A stretch of 64,000 nucleotides of DNA, taken from positions 214,706,001 through 214,770,000 of the forward strand of contig OZ024743.1 of the NCBI GenBank assembly GCA_964016885.1, read 5' to 3'. The notes below the pieces were generated by a model. It was not told the origin of the DNA and searched no databases. It worked only from the letters and a program-made list of their open reading frames with translations. A program made the translations under genes and the position numbers. This DNA is from Eledone cirrhosa (taxonomy: Eukaryota). This document shows positions 13,018-27,616 of the stretch, in pieces. The first letter of the stretch is position 1; each line of letters begins with the position of its first letter.

Positions 13018-14370
13018 GTATGTATGTATATATGTGTGTGTGTATTTGTAGGTGTGTTTGTATTTGTATGCGTATGTGTATGTGCGTGTGTGTCTGTATG
13101 TAGGCATATATAAGTGGCGGTAAGAAACTCCCAGGAGAGCTTGACAGCCAGAGTGACAGTAGGATAGAAAGAAAGACATATGTAGATAGCTAGATAGATA
13201 TTAAGTGAAACGGAGTAAACATTGTGTTCAGATCTGAAATCTCCCATCTCTATGTTTGTATGTAAAAGGTACACTATCTATTTCATCTACAGTTTATGGA
13301 CATTCACAAATAAAGCCATAAATTGAATTAAAATAGGCTTTCTTATATATACAGGGAGAACATTTACTATATAGTTGATAAACAAGTGATATATAGTATT
13401 TTTACGTTTCATAAATAGGATTATAGATAAAATATATTTCTTATGATATAGAGACATTAATGTTCAGATTTAAAATAGATGGAATTATTTCATATATGCA
13501 TATTGATAAACATATGAAGTCAGATATAACAATGTGTATACATACATATATACATGTGTCCATATATATATGTGTGTGCATGTGGGTATCTCTCTCCCCC
13601 CCCCCCCCTCGATCTCTCTCTCTATATATAGTGTGTATGTGTGCGTGTAATTTTGTGTCTATGCGTGTGCCTCTGAAATGCAGAAATGTGTGTTGCGTAT
13701 GTTTGCGTATGTGTGCATATATTTGTGTAAGTTGGCTTGTATCACTGTCAATACATATATCAACTTGTTTAGAATGAAATATAAATCGATAGACAGAAGT
13801 AGAGATAAACAAACGTGGGTTAAATTTTAAGAGTTTATTGGAAAGATGTTGGGTCTATGAATATTTGCGTGTCTATATTTGTGCGTTTATAGAGTATAGT
13901 GACAGGTATATATGAGCAAGAAAACGTATATTTTTGAAATAGATTATGAAGGGGAATAGAGAAGATATTTGAAAATCTATGCCATTTAAAATCTGGATAA
14001 GATTTTTTAGATAGTAAATTGTAATTAGGTTCTGTATACAATAAACATGAATGTTGGTTTTATGGAATATGAAAATACACAAATAAATCAGTTAAGAAAA
14101 ATGTTCATGCAAAATATTTCTTTTCAATACATATAACAATATGAGAGTACGCATTCTAATAAATAAAAAAAAAATACCTGACCGATGACTAGAAATCATA
14201 CATTATTTCGAATAGTAGAGATTATATTTTCAATGTAGATGATTTGAATTCGCTGCAGGCAGGTTATTTATATTTTTGTTTTATTAATGTTAGTAAAGCA
14301 TCCATTTTTGTATACGTACATGCAAAGATACACATACATACATGCATATATTTGAGTGAGTGTGTGCGTT

Positions 14371-14820
<450 letters not shown>

Positions 14821-15147
14821 AGTATTGCTGTGTACCGATATGAGTATATACATTTAAGCATATGTGTATGTGTGTGTCTGTATGTGTGTATGTGTGTCTG
14901 CCATAAGTTTTGTTTACTTACGGTTTGTATTAATCTGTGCTTTCATAAATATATGACATATTATCATTTGATGGGATGACTTATATAATGAATTCAATTT
15001 CTTAAAGTAACCTGCATCATCCTTGTAATTTAAATAGAATGTAGTATATCGTTGAAGTTTTAATTATTTTATTGGAGTTCACAATGACCATATATATTTT
15101 TCAGAATACATACACACTTCCATGGGACACATACATGCACACACTTG

Positions 15148-15389
15148 TGTGGGCTCCCGTGGTGGAGATTGCTGGAAGTTGCGAGACGGCTGACCGGAAG
15201 TAGGAGGACGATTGACGTCACATGAGGGTCAGGGGCTACTGACTGGCCCTTTTTCCTAGCAGTTCAAGAGGAGTGAAAACGCTCGTGGTGTGAAGCGAGA
15301 CAGACAGAGGCGCTGATACGCTAAAGTCGGATGTACTGCACGTGGACGTGAATCAAAGACGCAAGTTAACCCGAATGCCTCCGGTTACA
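15148..15389. mobile_element. Solo LTR (242 bp) with 5-bp target-site duplication
   Basis: Begins TGT and ends ACA; ACTTG at 15143-15147 and 15390-15394; GC-rich island in AT-rich DNA. Confidence 0.8.
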
Positions 15390-16227
15390 ACTTGCATATA
15401 TACACACACATTCACAGGGTAAATACATGAGCAGCTAAAATTATGCCAAAGGAGTATTAACCTCAATGACTTTAAACAATCAGTAAATCGATTAAAATAT
15501 TCAGACAAAATATACAATCAGGAATTGACATTTGGTGTAAACAAGTCCACCGTATTGCATATCATAGGGGCGTCGAATATGTAAACAATAAATACTTAAA
15601 TGAATTAAAACAAATTTATTAAACTTATGCATGATTCCATTAGAGAGAATAGGGGAACTTTCATATAATATATAGGGGAACATAATCTGATCAAGGCATA
15701 TTACATTACATGGATTTTTTTAACATTATATATATTATAACACATATCTGTCTAGGAACGACATCGCATTTGAAACATATGTTGCTAGTATCACAACCAC
15801 ATACTACGATCATTAGGGCTCTCGGATATGGAGAAATTGCATCAGAGCAAATCTTAAGAAACTTGGCTTCACAGAACCACAATAAGCACTAGTAGTTACT
15901 AAAGGTTACAAGTACAATCCATAAATGTAACTGTAAATATATGTAAAATATTGCAAAATTTATACATGTAATACATGCATAGATACATACATGTATAGAT
16001 ACAAAGCATACACACGTGTAAATATATAACTCAAAGGAATAACAGATCCATACATACAATATGCAAAAACACAGGCATATATGCATAATTACCAAGTTGA
16101 GGTTCTCTAAACTCAAATGAATTGGTATTGTGTCTGTGTTAATACACGGCTCTCCCTCTATTAGTAAAAGATTATCAAATAATGAAAGCAGAAGAACATA
16201 CATACATACATACATATAATATATGCA

Positions 16228-16282
<55 letters not shown>

Positions 16283-16294
16283 ACATATATATAT

Positions 16295-16487
16295 AACGAA
16301 GGAAATGTGGTAAGGAACCAGGTGGACCAAAGTACACAATACGTAGGGTAGTAGAGTGGGTAATAGGAACGAGTAGGACCGCGACGGCTGAGCTCAAGCC
16401 GTTTCGACGGCTAATTCAGGACTAAAGTTTTAGTCCAGAATTAGCCGTCGAAACGGCTTGAGCTCAGCCGTCGGGGTCCTACTTGTT

Positions 16488-16490
<3 letters not shown>
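16295..16490. mobile_element. Mini hairpin element (AACGAAGG...GTTCCT family) in (TA)n
   Basis: Arms 16363-16426 / 16429-16492; homologues at 27680 and 46316; contains the hammerhead 3' half GAAACGGC..GCCGTC. Confidence 0.85.
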
Positions 16491-16574
<84 letters not shown>

Positions 16575-17413
16575 TAATATAACAGATTAAACTTTAAGCA
16601 AAGAATCGCTGCTTTCACCCTTAATGGGATCTTCTGAAACTAACAAAGTCAATCCGTGAACGCAGAAGTGAATATTTCAAAAAACGTTGCACCGGAGGAA
16701 GACAGGAAGACGATACTTTGGTTCGTGGAAACGTTCCTTGGCAAAGAACGGGAAAAAACCAATATAATACGTCATTATTTGGAGCGGTGAAAAACAATTA
16801 CACGCAAAGACAGAACCACGTCTATGGTATAAAAGAAGACGTAGACTAAAATTCTAACTAGGAAACCGAATGATTCTCCGCTTCAGAGTTAAGAATAAAG
16901 TAAATAAAATACAGAGGTAATTGAAATTAAATAAATACATATACGCATCCATGTACGTACATACACAATCATACCATAGGTATATAAATACACGCACATG
17001 TAAATATGTATGTGTGTGTGTGCGTGTATACAAATAATTAAATAAACGGATATAAATAAATAAATACGTATATAACAAGCGCACACACATACCTACATGT
17101 AAATACACAAATGTTCGGAGACTACGTCAACCTAAACACGAAGTACACATATACACACACCCAACATACGTACGAACCCGCATACTCACACAGACGCAAA
17201 ACTCCCGTATACACATAACCAAAAGCATATGTACCAGAATATATAAAAATATACGCCATAACATATACAATCAAATATACGTACGAGAAAGTATACGTAC
17301 CTTCACAAAACATACAGGTAATATATACTTACCTATGCAAATAAGTAATGGTATAAACATAACATATACTTAGCCACCACATCAAGATGTAAAATATCCA
17401 TGTATAGATCGTA

Positions 17414-17989
17414 CTATCCGTTAGGGTTTAATGTGGGGCTGTAATACAGGAAAGTGTTGTGCAATTTATGTTTACAAGCCGAAATTGCCTCAGATTTTTT
17501 GTTTAAGATGTGGTCTGTAGCTTAGAGTAGTTCCAGGGCCTCAACGGCGCAGCGGTCACATGGTCTTTTATTTCCGTTATACGATCTAGCCCTAGCAAGG
17601 ATCTCCCAGTGTCACTTATATTGGGTGTGGTTGTCTTTTAGTCTCCAGATATAAGCTGAAAGTGACGTCGTATTCCTTCTTAGAGGGTAACGGAAAGAAT
17701 GGGTATGCATGTAAAGACGTTGCTTGAATTTATTGGCGGTTAACCCTATGTAGGCCCTACGGGATGTGGGTGTCTCAACCTTACATTTGTAGACAATGTT
17801 ACTAGAGAGGCATTTCCCGGATAGGGGGCAATCAACCCGATTCCTACAATTACAGCTAGTACTAACTACAGGGTTGCACGTGTCCCAACGGCTAGGTAGT
17901 TTAGCTAAATTTGAAGCTGTGATGTTATGTGCAAGGTTAGGAGTCGTAGAGTAAGACATTTTAATAATATTTTTATTAAAAATGTTACT
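17414..17989 (-). pseudogene. PLE linker + GIY-YIG endonuclease with two in-frame stops
   Basis: CNCRNRVDCPLSGKCL, NIVYKC, AYIGLT, FKQRL..H; continues in frame as CDRC..E..LNKKSE..CKH. Confidence 0.88.
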
Positions 17990-17998
17990 AACTTTGTT

Positions 17999-18049
17999 AG
18001 TTTCAGAAGATCCCGTTAAGGGTGAAAGCAGCGATTCTTTGCTTAAACT
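17999..18049 (+). ncRNA. Hammerhead-like motif with variant core CAGAAGA (second copy at 16591-16641, minus)
   Basis: AGTTT-CAGAAGA-T-CCC-gttaa-GGG-T-GAAAGCA-loop-TGCTT-AAACT. Confidence 0.55.
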
Positions 18050-18600
18050 TTAATCTGTTATTTTAATAAATATTTGCTCTACGTTTCTTATATATTTGAT
18101 ATATATTTATCCTTATCGAGCCCTCTCTGGATTTTAGTCTTCACATTTATTATTATTACTATATATATATATATATATGACTGGGAGTTCAGACACTATT
18201 TCAAATTAATGAATATATGCCTGTCTTCATACAATTGAGTCTGATGTACATGTTAGTATATGATATTGTCTTTTGCATAAGTACAACCAAAAGCAAAACA
18301 AACATTCGTACGTAAACTATTTAATAAACAATATTCCATAGGGTAATACATATAATTTGAAATTTGAATGATGTTTTTTATTTTATTATGCAAGAACATG
18401 TTGCAAACGACGGCCTTGTCATACCATACAGTATTACAGTTATTTGATATGTTGCTGAACGTGAATGCATCCTTTTTGGGATTTTCCTATTTATCAGCCA
18501 TACACTTATACACATACATACATATTAGCCATGCACACTCTAATGAGATCTTACATTCTTTCTCTCTATATCACTCTCTCTCTCTATATATATATATATA

Positions 18601-18711
<111 letters not shown>

Positions 18712-19013
18712 AAAGTAAGAATATTTTCGAAACAGCGAGTGGTTTTGAAAATATTAGAAATGTAAATTATCGCCGTATTTTGACTAAAGAAATTAAACAA
18801 ATTATTTAGCCTGATAGAGGGGTTAAGAACCCTCGGAGAAATGGAAAAAGATGAGTTGGTCTAAATGGTAGCACAGTGGTCCGGATAACCAAAGATGTGG
18901 GTTCGACTCCCATGTACGTCAATACTCATCATTTTCCATTTCTCCGATGGTTCTTAACCCCACTATCAGGCTAAATAATTTCTTTAATTTCTTTAGTCAA
19001 AATACGGCGATAA
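18712..19013 (+). mobile_element. tRNA-headed SINE-like element inserted as a fold-back in (TA)n
   Basis: Arms 18767-18856 / 18924-19013. The loop 18857-18923 has A-box TGGTCTAAATGG, B-box GGTTCGACTCC and T-arm GTGGG/CCCAT. Confidence 0.75.
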
Positions 19014-19250
19014 CATATATATATATATATATATATTCACGATGTATTGCAGCAGCTGTAGTAAATGGGGAAACAGTATAGAAAAAAAAAAAAAAAGATG
19101 TAGTTGGCTACACATTACTCATATTTGTTATTTAGCAAATTTTCTATTATAACGTATGATGGAATTACTGGTTTTCGACCAGACAAGCAAAACAGATGAA
19201 ATACATTGCTTCACGTTCCACTGAATATAAAATAAGTAATGCACAAAATG

Positions 19251-19316
<66 letters not shown>

Positions 19317-19656
19317 TGTGTGTTTGTGTGTGTATATGTGTGTATTTACTTGTGTGTGTATGTATGCATATGTGTGTTTCATTGTCTAATTCTATATATA
19401 TATATATAATTTATGTTTCATAATTTATAATTTTGATTTTAGTTTAAAAAAATCATTGAATTCATGTTATTTATTGAATAGATATTTCTTATTATTTATT
19501 ACATTCCTTCTTTATTAAATTCGTATTAGTTATTAATATCATTAATATTCACCGTTGCAAATTATACACAAACCAAATATTTTCAAGATGAATTGAATAT
19601 AAATACGCCAACTAAATAATCAGTTTTAAATGACTTTTTCAAATTATAAAACATAT

Positions 19657-19847
19657 ATAATTGTTTCTACTTTTTGCACAAGGCCAGCAATTAACCCAGT
19701 GTATTACTGGTACTTTATTTTATCGACCCCGTAAGGATGAAAGGCAATGTTAACCTTGGCGTATTTGAACTCAGACCATACAGGGCCGTAATTCTTTGCT
19801 GAAAGCATGGCGTCCGACCCTCTACCGATACTGCCAATCCACCGCCC
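19657..19847 (-). mobile_element. tRNA-derived octopus-type SINE
   Basis: Reverse-complement homologue of 9365-9549. Confidence 0.8.
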
Positions 19848-20334
19848 TTAAAACATATATAATAACACATATATAATAATTCTAAGTATGTTTCATTTAA
19901 ATATCTAAGTGAGAATGCAGATGCCTTTTCACGAATTAATTTGTAGTAAGGCTTTGGTTTCTCATACACTAATTGAAAATCAAGCAGGAGTAGATATTCA
20001 ATGCCATTGGTTACTCAAATCCATCACCAATGGCCGTAAACAATTCGGATATTTAGGTGCTTTGTTTCAATTTCGACTAACAAAACGAAGTGGCATCGAC
20101 ACCAACTAAAACCGCATCCGCGCGGAATGAACGTACGCAAATCAATAACAAGTGCAATAATGTGGAGAACCCAATGTACATGAAACAACTACGCCAATCG
20201 TGTTCAAATCAATAAACCCAATAAACATATCTTCTCAAGCTTGTCTTCTTCAGCTCCCACACTTCAATAATATCTGCAGGATTTTCCTCATTGCAGATAA
20301 AATAATGGCTTGAAGACACCAACAATTACGCACT

Positions 20335-20945
20335 GGTGAACACAGGTAATGGCTGGCACGAAAGCCGAATTGAAGACAGCCAATTTGACTTTTACACCTC
20401 CATTCTTCTGATTACCGAATGCTGAAGCTGGCACATTAGTGCATCAGCTCTTGCAATACTTGCACGTAATTCAAGCCCCTGTTTGCATCACGCATGAATA
20501 CGATCCCGAGATAGTTGAACCTCTCCACATGCTTCAAAACGCTCCATGTACATGTAGATTTCACAGTGCAGGCATCATTAAGAGGAAAGATTTCTCAGTT
20601 TGTGCAGTACTAATTTTCATTCGAAACATGCAGCACTCGGCATCAAACTTATCAAGTGCAAGACGGAGATCATTTTCCCCCGGGTTAAGTGAAACCATAT
20701 CGTTTGCAAATTTCAGTCGATTGATTCTATACTTACCAGTCGTAATAGCACATACAATAGGGCTGCGCATGAAGAATGCATTGAATGTTTGCGATTCAGT
20801 AACATTTATCCGAACACAAATACTCGGGAATTCCTATAGAGACATCAGTGCAACATGAAGGTGACTATCGATGTCATACTCCTGCAGAACCTTCCACAGC
20901 AGGTTCTGTGGATGGCGGTCATATGCATTTTGAAGGTCTATATTA
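20335..20945 (-). mobile_element. Decayed RTE-type LINE RT fragment
   Basis: Minus translations DLQNAYD..LLWKVLQEY and LKFANDMV..MKIST. Confidence 0.7.
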
Positions 20946-22516
20946 GCAATATCAAAACATTAGAAGAACCAACATTGAAGCTCTAGTTTCTGTTATCAAG
21001 ATAGAATTCTTTGGAGCAAAGGGAAATATAGAAATTAAAGTATACAGATAATGTCGATGCCGGAATTGCAATTTGTTCAACACATTTTAACATTAAACTC
21101 CTAAATGAATATAAATCTCTATATGAATTAAAACTATACGACATGCTCACCATGACGCTGGAAAATTTGCAGTAACACCCAAAGATCGTTATCACTATAT
21201 ATTTCTCAAATCAACAGCATTTCCTGTGTAAAGATTCACATACCCAACATTACATTTGTGCTCATTGTAAGAAACACATTCGCTGAATATTAATGAAATT
21301 TGTAGCTGTTAATTTGATTTACTGGTATAGAATGGAAATCAAGGACTAAATTCCGAAAACCTCATATTTATTGCGTATTGTTGTACGCAAGCCATATTTT
21401 TGGAAAGCAATCTCTAAGTTCAATCTCCGACAAAGGAGTGCATATAGAGTGTTAGCTCAGACGAAATAGTCAAATAAATGGGCTAATGGATGTAGACTTG
21501 GATGTAGACATGGGATATATTCATGCTGACAAGGAAACACAAAGAAATGAGACAGAATAAAAAATGAATTAAACCCTTAACTGTTGCACCTATTACTCCT
21601 TGTCAAACTCCCCTTTTTATTGTTCGCTGTTTTTCGTTCGTTATTTCTTCATTTCTTTCTTTCTTTCTTCTTCAGCTTTTAAACATCACTTTATTTAACC
21701 TCACTCGTTAGCATGGCCCTCAAAGATTAATAAAGAAATGTTGAATGATTTTAAAGAATATCTGTTAGTAATTAAAAGAAATGCACTGAAAATGCTCAGA
21801 GGCGGAAATGTATATTCCGATAAATAAGAGAAACTAATATAATTGATTTTAGTAATTAATATGTTTCAGTATTAATACTGCATTTGCTGTTAACAACTAC
21901 CAGACATGTAGTTTCAGGAAGCAGTGTCCCACCAAAATGCTCTTAAATATATATGTAGATATGTGTTATTGTGTGAGATTGAGGTTACATTTGTGTAATG
22001 TCTACGTCTTGGTCACTATAGCTAAAGTTTCATACTCGTTTGTATTTATTTGCTAATAAAAGGATTCTCGAAACTATTCAATATTATGCTTACTGTCTAA
22101 GCTGCATTTAAATGATAATTCGTCCGATTTGTGTTTTCGTTCAAAGAACCATAATCAATTTAGATAAGATGTCTTAATTGAGACGATGAATTTATTTTCA
22201 TTCAATGGGTTATCTTCACGCTTCACATATTCCCTGCACGATTATATAAAAGTTATGAACAGTCTTATAATATATCATACAATTCACATCAGCAGAACTG
22301 TATCCGGTTTATTACTTTGTGCTTCAATTTGAGCATTCCAGGCGCCTTAAGCTATGCAGCTATTATATTCCATTTCATTTTTAGTATATTCACAATTACC
22401 ATACTAAATCTTTCATTCCGTAATCTCACTATTCCCGAATTTCTAACAAAAAACACACACACACACACCACACATAAATACACACAAACACACATACACT
22501 CTCACACACACACACT

Positions 22517-22549
<33 letters not shown>

Positions 22550-22719
22550 GTGTGTACATGTATGGGTATGTGCTTTTGGGCCTGTGTGTGTCTCTGTGTG
22601 CGTGAGTGTGTGTCTATGGGTATGTGCAGCTCTGTGTATTTGCATTTGAGACCTTTTACGCGCATCATTTCGAAAAAATTATCATCGAACCTATCCATTT
22701 GAAGCGATTAATATATTAA

Positions 22720-24400
22720 CGTCATTGCCTATTATGTTCCCATTTTAAGAAGATTTGGATTTTCAATGTGATTGACCATACTGATCCGTTCACAACTAAT
22801 ATCACTTTTACATTACCTATTCGAATTCCAAACAGTCTTGCCATCTTTACTTTCCATTCAGGATACTTGCTGTTTTCAACCTCTTTACGTACAATATGTG
22901 TGTCATTTAGTATGTCTACGTCTATAATCTGACATTTTTGATTTCTTGTCAACACGACAAGGTCCGTTCGTTGATGCTCAATTACTCTATCAGCTTGAAA
23001 AATCATAATCCCAGAATATCGTATCTTTCCCATCTTCCTGCATTTATTTACAAAGCACCTGCTCATACCAACTTTCAATTATTCGTTTTCGGATGTACGA
23101 CATAATAGCCGATGAAGTTATAAACATAATTTACTATGGAGGTGTTGCTCGTATACATTTGACGTAAGGCTATCGCATCCACTTACCAACTGAGTAACGT
23201 TTTTCCACAGAGTCTGGATTTATGAGTTCAGAACTTTTGTAGAATTTATGCTTCACTGGATTGGTAGCAAGTTGGCCTTATGCTGACATTATAAAGCTTT
23301 CATTGGTACGCTTCAAATCACCTCGGTTAAAACATGTCCATTATGTTGATTTATCTTTGATAGCCTGTGCATTATTTTCAAGATGCCCTTCCATTCTCAT
23401 TACCAGACGATCGTTTCCCTTCTATACAACCACATGGTTATCCCCTTCCTTACTAGCCAGTCCATCTGCATTTATACCCGTGCATTTTGCTGTATATGTC
23501 AAAAACGCCTCATTACCTTTGACCAAATGTTCTGTAATTTTCTTTCGCTCCTAACAAAATAATGCACACTAATGGGGAGCACGCCAAGGATTTTTTTCTC
23601 TTCGGGTACAATCTGTTTATATTTACTTCAGGCTGAAAAGCTCCGTACAATGTTATTAACTTTCTCTTCTACCTATCAAACTTGCCCTTTCTTCTTCGTC
23701 CACCTGAGAATGTATGGACACTATATCTAACCACAGCAACAGTCTAGATATTTATTACAGTGATTAGATTTCTAGCAATCAGGTTGAATTTTATGATAAT
23801 TTTTAACCGTTTGCAATATATTGCTCTAATGTATTCGTTCAATGTGCATGTCATATGTCATTCAGTTCTAAAATCCCCAAATATGTGTATCCACTATCTT
23901 CCGCTTTCCCTATGGTTTCTCCTGATGGCAGCCTTAATATACTACAGGCTGCTTTTCCCTCCTATTTTATTCCAAACAGAATATTTGATGATCCCAAATT
24001 CCAAACCGTTACATATCTTTACTGTTTAACCCAATAATCTCTATGAGTTTCTGGAATTCACAAACAATGTCAGGCCATAAACAGAAAATGGGTTTTTAAC
24101 GGTCATTTCATTCCACATTAGTAACCCATTTTAAGTTTCTTAACTGCCAGTATTATAGGAATAAATGCCGTGATAAATAAGTATGCTGAGAATGAATTAC
24201 CTTGGAGGTTGCCCCTTTTAATTTTTATTTCTCCAAATAATACATAGCTTGTGTCTAGCTTGATTTTCCACACTAGCATACTATTCAGAAGAAATTTGGG
24301 GATGTTGTCAGTACCAAACATCAAGAATTAGGCACATAATCAGCGGCATTCTTGAAGTCTATCCAGGCCATAAACATGTTCGTATATTGTTTTATTCGAT
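22720..24400 (-). mobile_element. Decayed RLE-type non-LTR retrotransposon (R4/Dong-like)
   Basis: MAWIDFKNA, IKRGNLQGNSFS, and an RLE-like FQADRVIEHQRTDLVV..CQIIDV..SKY. Confidence 0.7.
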
Positions 24401-26399
24401 GACTCAAAATATTGATAACGTAATTCAATATAAATTCCGCTAATGCTCCCAATACTACAGTCAATTGAAGAAATATCCTTTATAACAGTATACTTTTGAA
24501 ATTCGGCGTATCGGATACCTCTTTTGCCTACCTAAATAGTGGTAAATATATTTGTCTTTAACCTCTCTGTCAAAAATCTTTTACAACAAGCGAGTACAAC
24601 ATTGTGTAATACTCTGTGCATAAAACCCTTGCAGTCAGTTTGACAAATATTTCCGGGATATTCAAACAAACCAACAAGAATGGTTCTTCAAGAGTCTTGA
24701 TTTGCTATGGAAGTCTTTAAATTCTTCATTGAATTAAACTTAACGATCTTTAAAATGAACGCGGCACATCTGTCTCAATTCCGATAAAATTGTTTTCATT
24801 TCCTTTATGAGTAGCATCACACAAACCTATATAGCTTATAGTCATTCTCGTCTTTCAGTAGTTTTGCTTTGGCAATGCTTCTAAAATGAGCGAAACATTT
24901 CCGGAGATGTCATTATAACTAACGATCGTCATACGTACTCTCCGCCTCTTTATGTATCAATATGCGTGTTCGTTTAACGTTGTTGCTCTCATCTTCGCTG
25001 TCTGTTTTGATGTCACTTTCAGAAACGCTAATGGTATTTATTTTCATTACAGTTACATATTTAATTACGTCAAAAATAATTTCGTCTCGTCATAATTCTT
25101 CGTTTATGAATGCCCAAACTCTAAGTATATTAGTAATAACAACATATTCAAAGAGTTATATTTAAATGTCACAGTAATTACGAATATAAACAATTATTTC
25201 CTCAAATATTTCTAGACATATGTACTCGTAAATATGAGCTTCGTATTAATGTAACGTAACGTGATAATGAATTAATATAAATTCATAACACATGGTTCAA
25301 TAATACTTAATGAAGTAGTAATAATAATAATCGTAATAGGTATATCTAGTTCGCACCTTTATTCCTTTTTACATAGACGCAATTATGAATAGTGTTATTT
25401 TAAAGATAGGCTTCAATTTTCCATATTGTTTAATGTTCTTACCAATGCGCTCGGGATTTTTCTGAAACCTATGAAAAGCATATCTGCCAGCGTCATATAT
25501 AGCATTGTGTAGTTATTTTGTAAGTCAATGATCTCACACACAGAAGCCTCGGAAATCATAAAGAAAACAAACATTCCCAGTAAGAACGTAATCTATGAAA
25601 TTTTACCAACCCTACTTTCTGCGCTAAAATAGGAATGTCCTACATATTTTGTTTATCAGGGTACTAAATGCAATTTAATATTTACTGAAAAAGACCCTTT
25701 AAATGTGTTCTTGAGAATTGTATCTACATTCAGACAGAGAGAAATACCCCTTAAGTAACCGATTATAATTTGAGATTAAATGATACAAATATCAATAATT
25801 CTGAAATCGATTGGAACATCAAGGAGAAAGCATCTTTCATACATTAATGGTTTAAGTAGAAGATAAAGCCAATTCTGAATTATTGCATACACTTTCATGT
25901 ATATTTCTCGACAATTAACCATACAGCAACTGGCTAAAATGTCTTACGTCTAATATATGGCTTTACTATCAAATGAAGTACGCTCATATATCATCATTTC
26001 TTTATTTATTATAAACGATTATTAAATAAAGCCTTGCTGGTTTACTTGTGTTTTATACATATGATACAAACCATATAAAAACACCACGGGCTTTCACGTA
26101 AATAGACGAAAATCTCGACGCATAGAGGGTAAACATTTTAAGGGAAAGCAAATATACTTTTTATAAACTGTTGATTCAACGTGTTTAGAAATAATTCGTT
26201 GATTCTCTACTATAGTTTTCTAAATAGCTGGTGATGGGAAAATGGGAAAACCAGTTTCCAGATTAAATATTTCAGCTTCTGAAAGAATATTGGCATCGTG
26301 TTCATTGAGCACTATTAAGTCTTTTGTTCACACACACGCACAGAGACACATACACACACAGAAATACTCTCACCCTCTCTCTCTCTCTCACACACACAG

Positions 26400-26432
<33 letters not shown>

Positions 26433-26545
26433 AACAGAGAAAGAAAAAGAGAAAAGGAGGAAATATATAGATAGTAACAAATAAAATATGCATGTAATGT
26501 GCATTAGTCATTCACATACTCAAAGTACACACGCAGACCCCCTCC

Positions 26546-26630
<85 letters not shown>

Positions 26631-26908
26631 ATATATATATAAACGGAAAAAAATGAAACGAAATTTCATTTCCCACTCTTAGTACGGCTGTTAGTTAAAT
26701 ATAAGTATCTATACGTACATACGTATATGTATACAGACGTACAGTAGTATGTATATATATATACATACATGCACACATATATATATATGTACGTATAGAT
26801 TCACCGAACATTTATTATAATGCTCGGTGTGTTTGTAAACAAACATCCCGTATTAAGCCGTAGTGTCTAGCAACTATCTTGCTCGTTTGTTCAACACTGA
26901 CAAAGGAG

Positions 26909-26948
26909 CGCTGTACTAGTTCAAGCTTATTAGCTATCATCAGCAACG
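26909..26948 (-). ncRNA. Minimal type I hammerhead (one A missing from GAAA)
   Basis: CGTTG-CTGATGA-T-AGCT-aata-AGCT-T-GAAC-ta-GTA-CAGCG. Confidence 0.65.
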
Positions 26949-27373
26949 TATACTTTCCTGCCAGATGATTGAACGTTTGAAAGTATATACTTTCCTTATG
27001 CATATTAACGGCTGAGCAGCCTAATTTGCATATCGAGTGGGTTAATCGGCCGGGTGCACCGAAAACGATAAACGGAAAAAAAGAAATGTTCGGTGAATTC
27101 ATACGTACATATATATATGTGTGTATGTATGTATATATATATACATACTACTGTACGTCTGTATACATATATGTATGTACCTATACATATTTATATTTAA
27201 ATAACAGCCGTACTAAGAGTGGGAAATGAAATTTCGTTTCATTTTTCCGTTTATAGCTTTCGGTGTACCCGGCCGATTAACCCACTCGATATGCAAATTA
27301 GGCTGCTCAGCCGTTAATATGCATAAGGAAAGTATATACTTTCAGACGTTCAATCATCTGGCAGGAAGGTATA

Positions 27374-27414
27374 CGTTGCTGACGATAGCTAATAAGATTG
27401 AAACTGGTACAGCG
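27374..27414 (+). ncRNA. Minimal type I hammerhead
   Basis: CGTTG-CTGACGA-TAGCT-aata-AGATT-GAAAC-tg-GTA-CAGCG. Confidence 0.7.
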
Positions 27415-27616
27415 TTCCTTTGTCAGTGTTGAACAAACGAGCACCGATGGTTGCTAGACAGTACTGCTTAATACGGGATGTTTGTTTACAAACACACCGG
27501 GCATTATAATAAATGTTCGGTGAATCGATCCGTAAATATATATACGTGTGCATGTATGCATATATATATACATACTACTTTACATCTGTATACATATTTG
27601 TATGTACGTATACATA

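Larger units (their letters stand above)
16571..18160 (-). mobile_element. 5'-truncated PLE (family G) with inverted pLTR piece at 17991-18160
   Basis: GIY-YIG remnant; 16571-16649 is the reverse complement of about 17991-18070; TA flanks. Confidence 0.85.

Noticed and set aside
17612-17614. In-frame TGA in the family G endonuclease as selenocysteine
   Set aside because: Not at a Cys position, and a TAA follows downstream; ordinary decay.
18807-18845. Hammerhead-like CTGATAGA-GGGGTT-aag-AACCCT..GAAA
   Set aside because: Core spacing is wrong, the stem is not preserved in the other arm, and stems I and III are absent.
18857-18923. Functional tRNA gene
   Set aside because: The 5' acceptor strand is missing and the D arm is poor; treated as a SINE-like head.
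20950-26640. Host exons in the unique-looking intervals
   Set aside because: No recognisable protein motifs; small exons cannot be excluded without transcript data.
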